A stretch of DNA of 64,000 nucleotides from the human T2T-CHM13v2.0 reference genome, Homo sapiens, in NCBI GenBank assembly GCA_009914755.4, contig CP086569.2:3232001-3296000 (forward strand), in the 5' to 3' direction. A program made the position numbers and the translations under genes. Numbering within the stretch: position 1 is the first letter of the stretch; the number at the start of each line of letters is the position of its first letter. Shown one piece after another: positions 63,961-64,000 of this stretch. The notes beneath the pieces were generated by a model that made no database searches, was not told where the DNA came from, and was given only the letters and a program-made list of their open reading frames with translations.

Positions 63961-64000
63961 TCCTATCTCTCTCTCTTTCTGTCTATGGTCATCCGTACTC

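Overview
This is primate, almost certainly human, genomic DNA, not a prokaryotic locus. I found no defence-system, CRISPR or operon-like structure, and I do not see a novel biological system here.

Most of the window is interspersed repeats:
- at least 12 Alu copies, several with clear target-site duplications;
- 5'-truncated old L1 fragments on the + strand (about 1-1790, 4860-8950, 10380-13900, 17000-19340);
- one nearly full-length L1PA on the - strand (about 34269-40985), carrying a nested Alu;
- a solo LTR12 (ERV9) LTR at about 28480-29900;
- several ERVL-MaLR LTRs (MST/THE1/MLT1-like), plus microsatellites.

The single convincing cellular gene is an intronless-CDS TALE-homeobox retrogene of the TGIF2-like family (CDS 24446-25003, + strand). 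Its 185-aa ORF ends early because of a 1-bp frameshift. The continuing TGIF2LX-like C-terminus stays open in another frame (24928-25170). That pattern matches what is described for TGIF2LY, which sits in the X-transposed region of Yp11.2, rather than X-linked TGIF2LX, which encodes about 241 aa. I therefore tentatively place the window in the human Y X-transposed region (XTR), or failing that its Xq21.3 counterpart.

The remaining ORFs in the six-frame track are repeat-derived, GC-skew artefacts or alternative frames of this gene. All repeat family names come from my memory of consensus sequences, and coordinates are approximate to about 10-30 bp.
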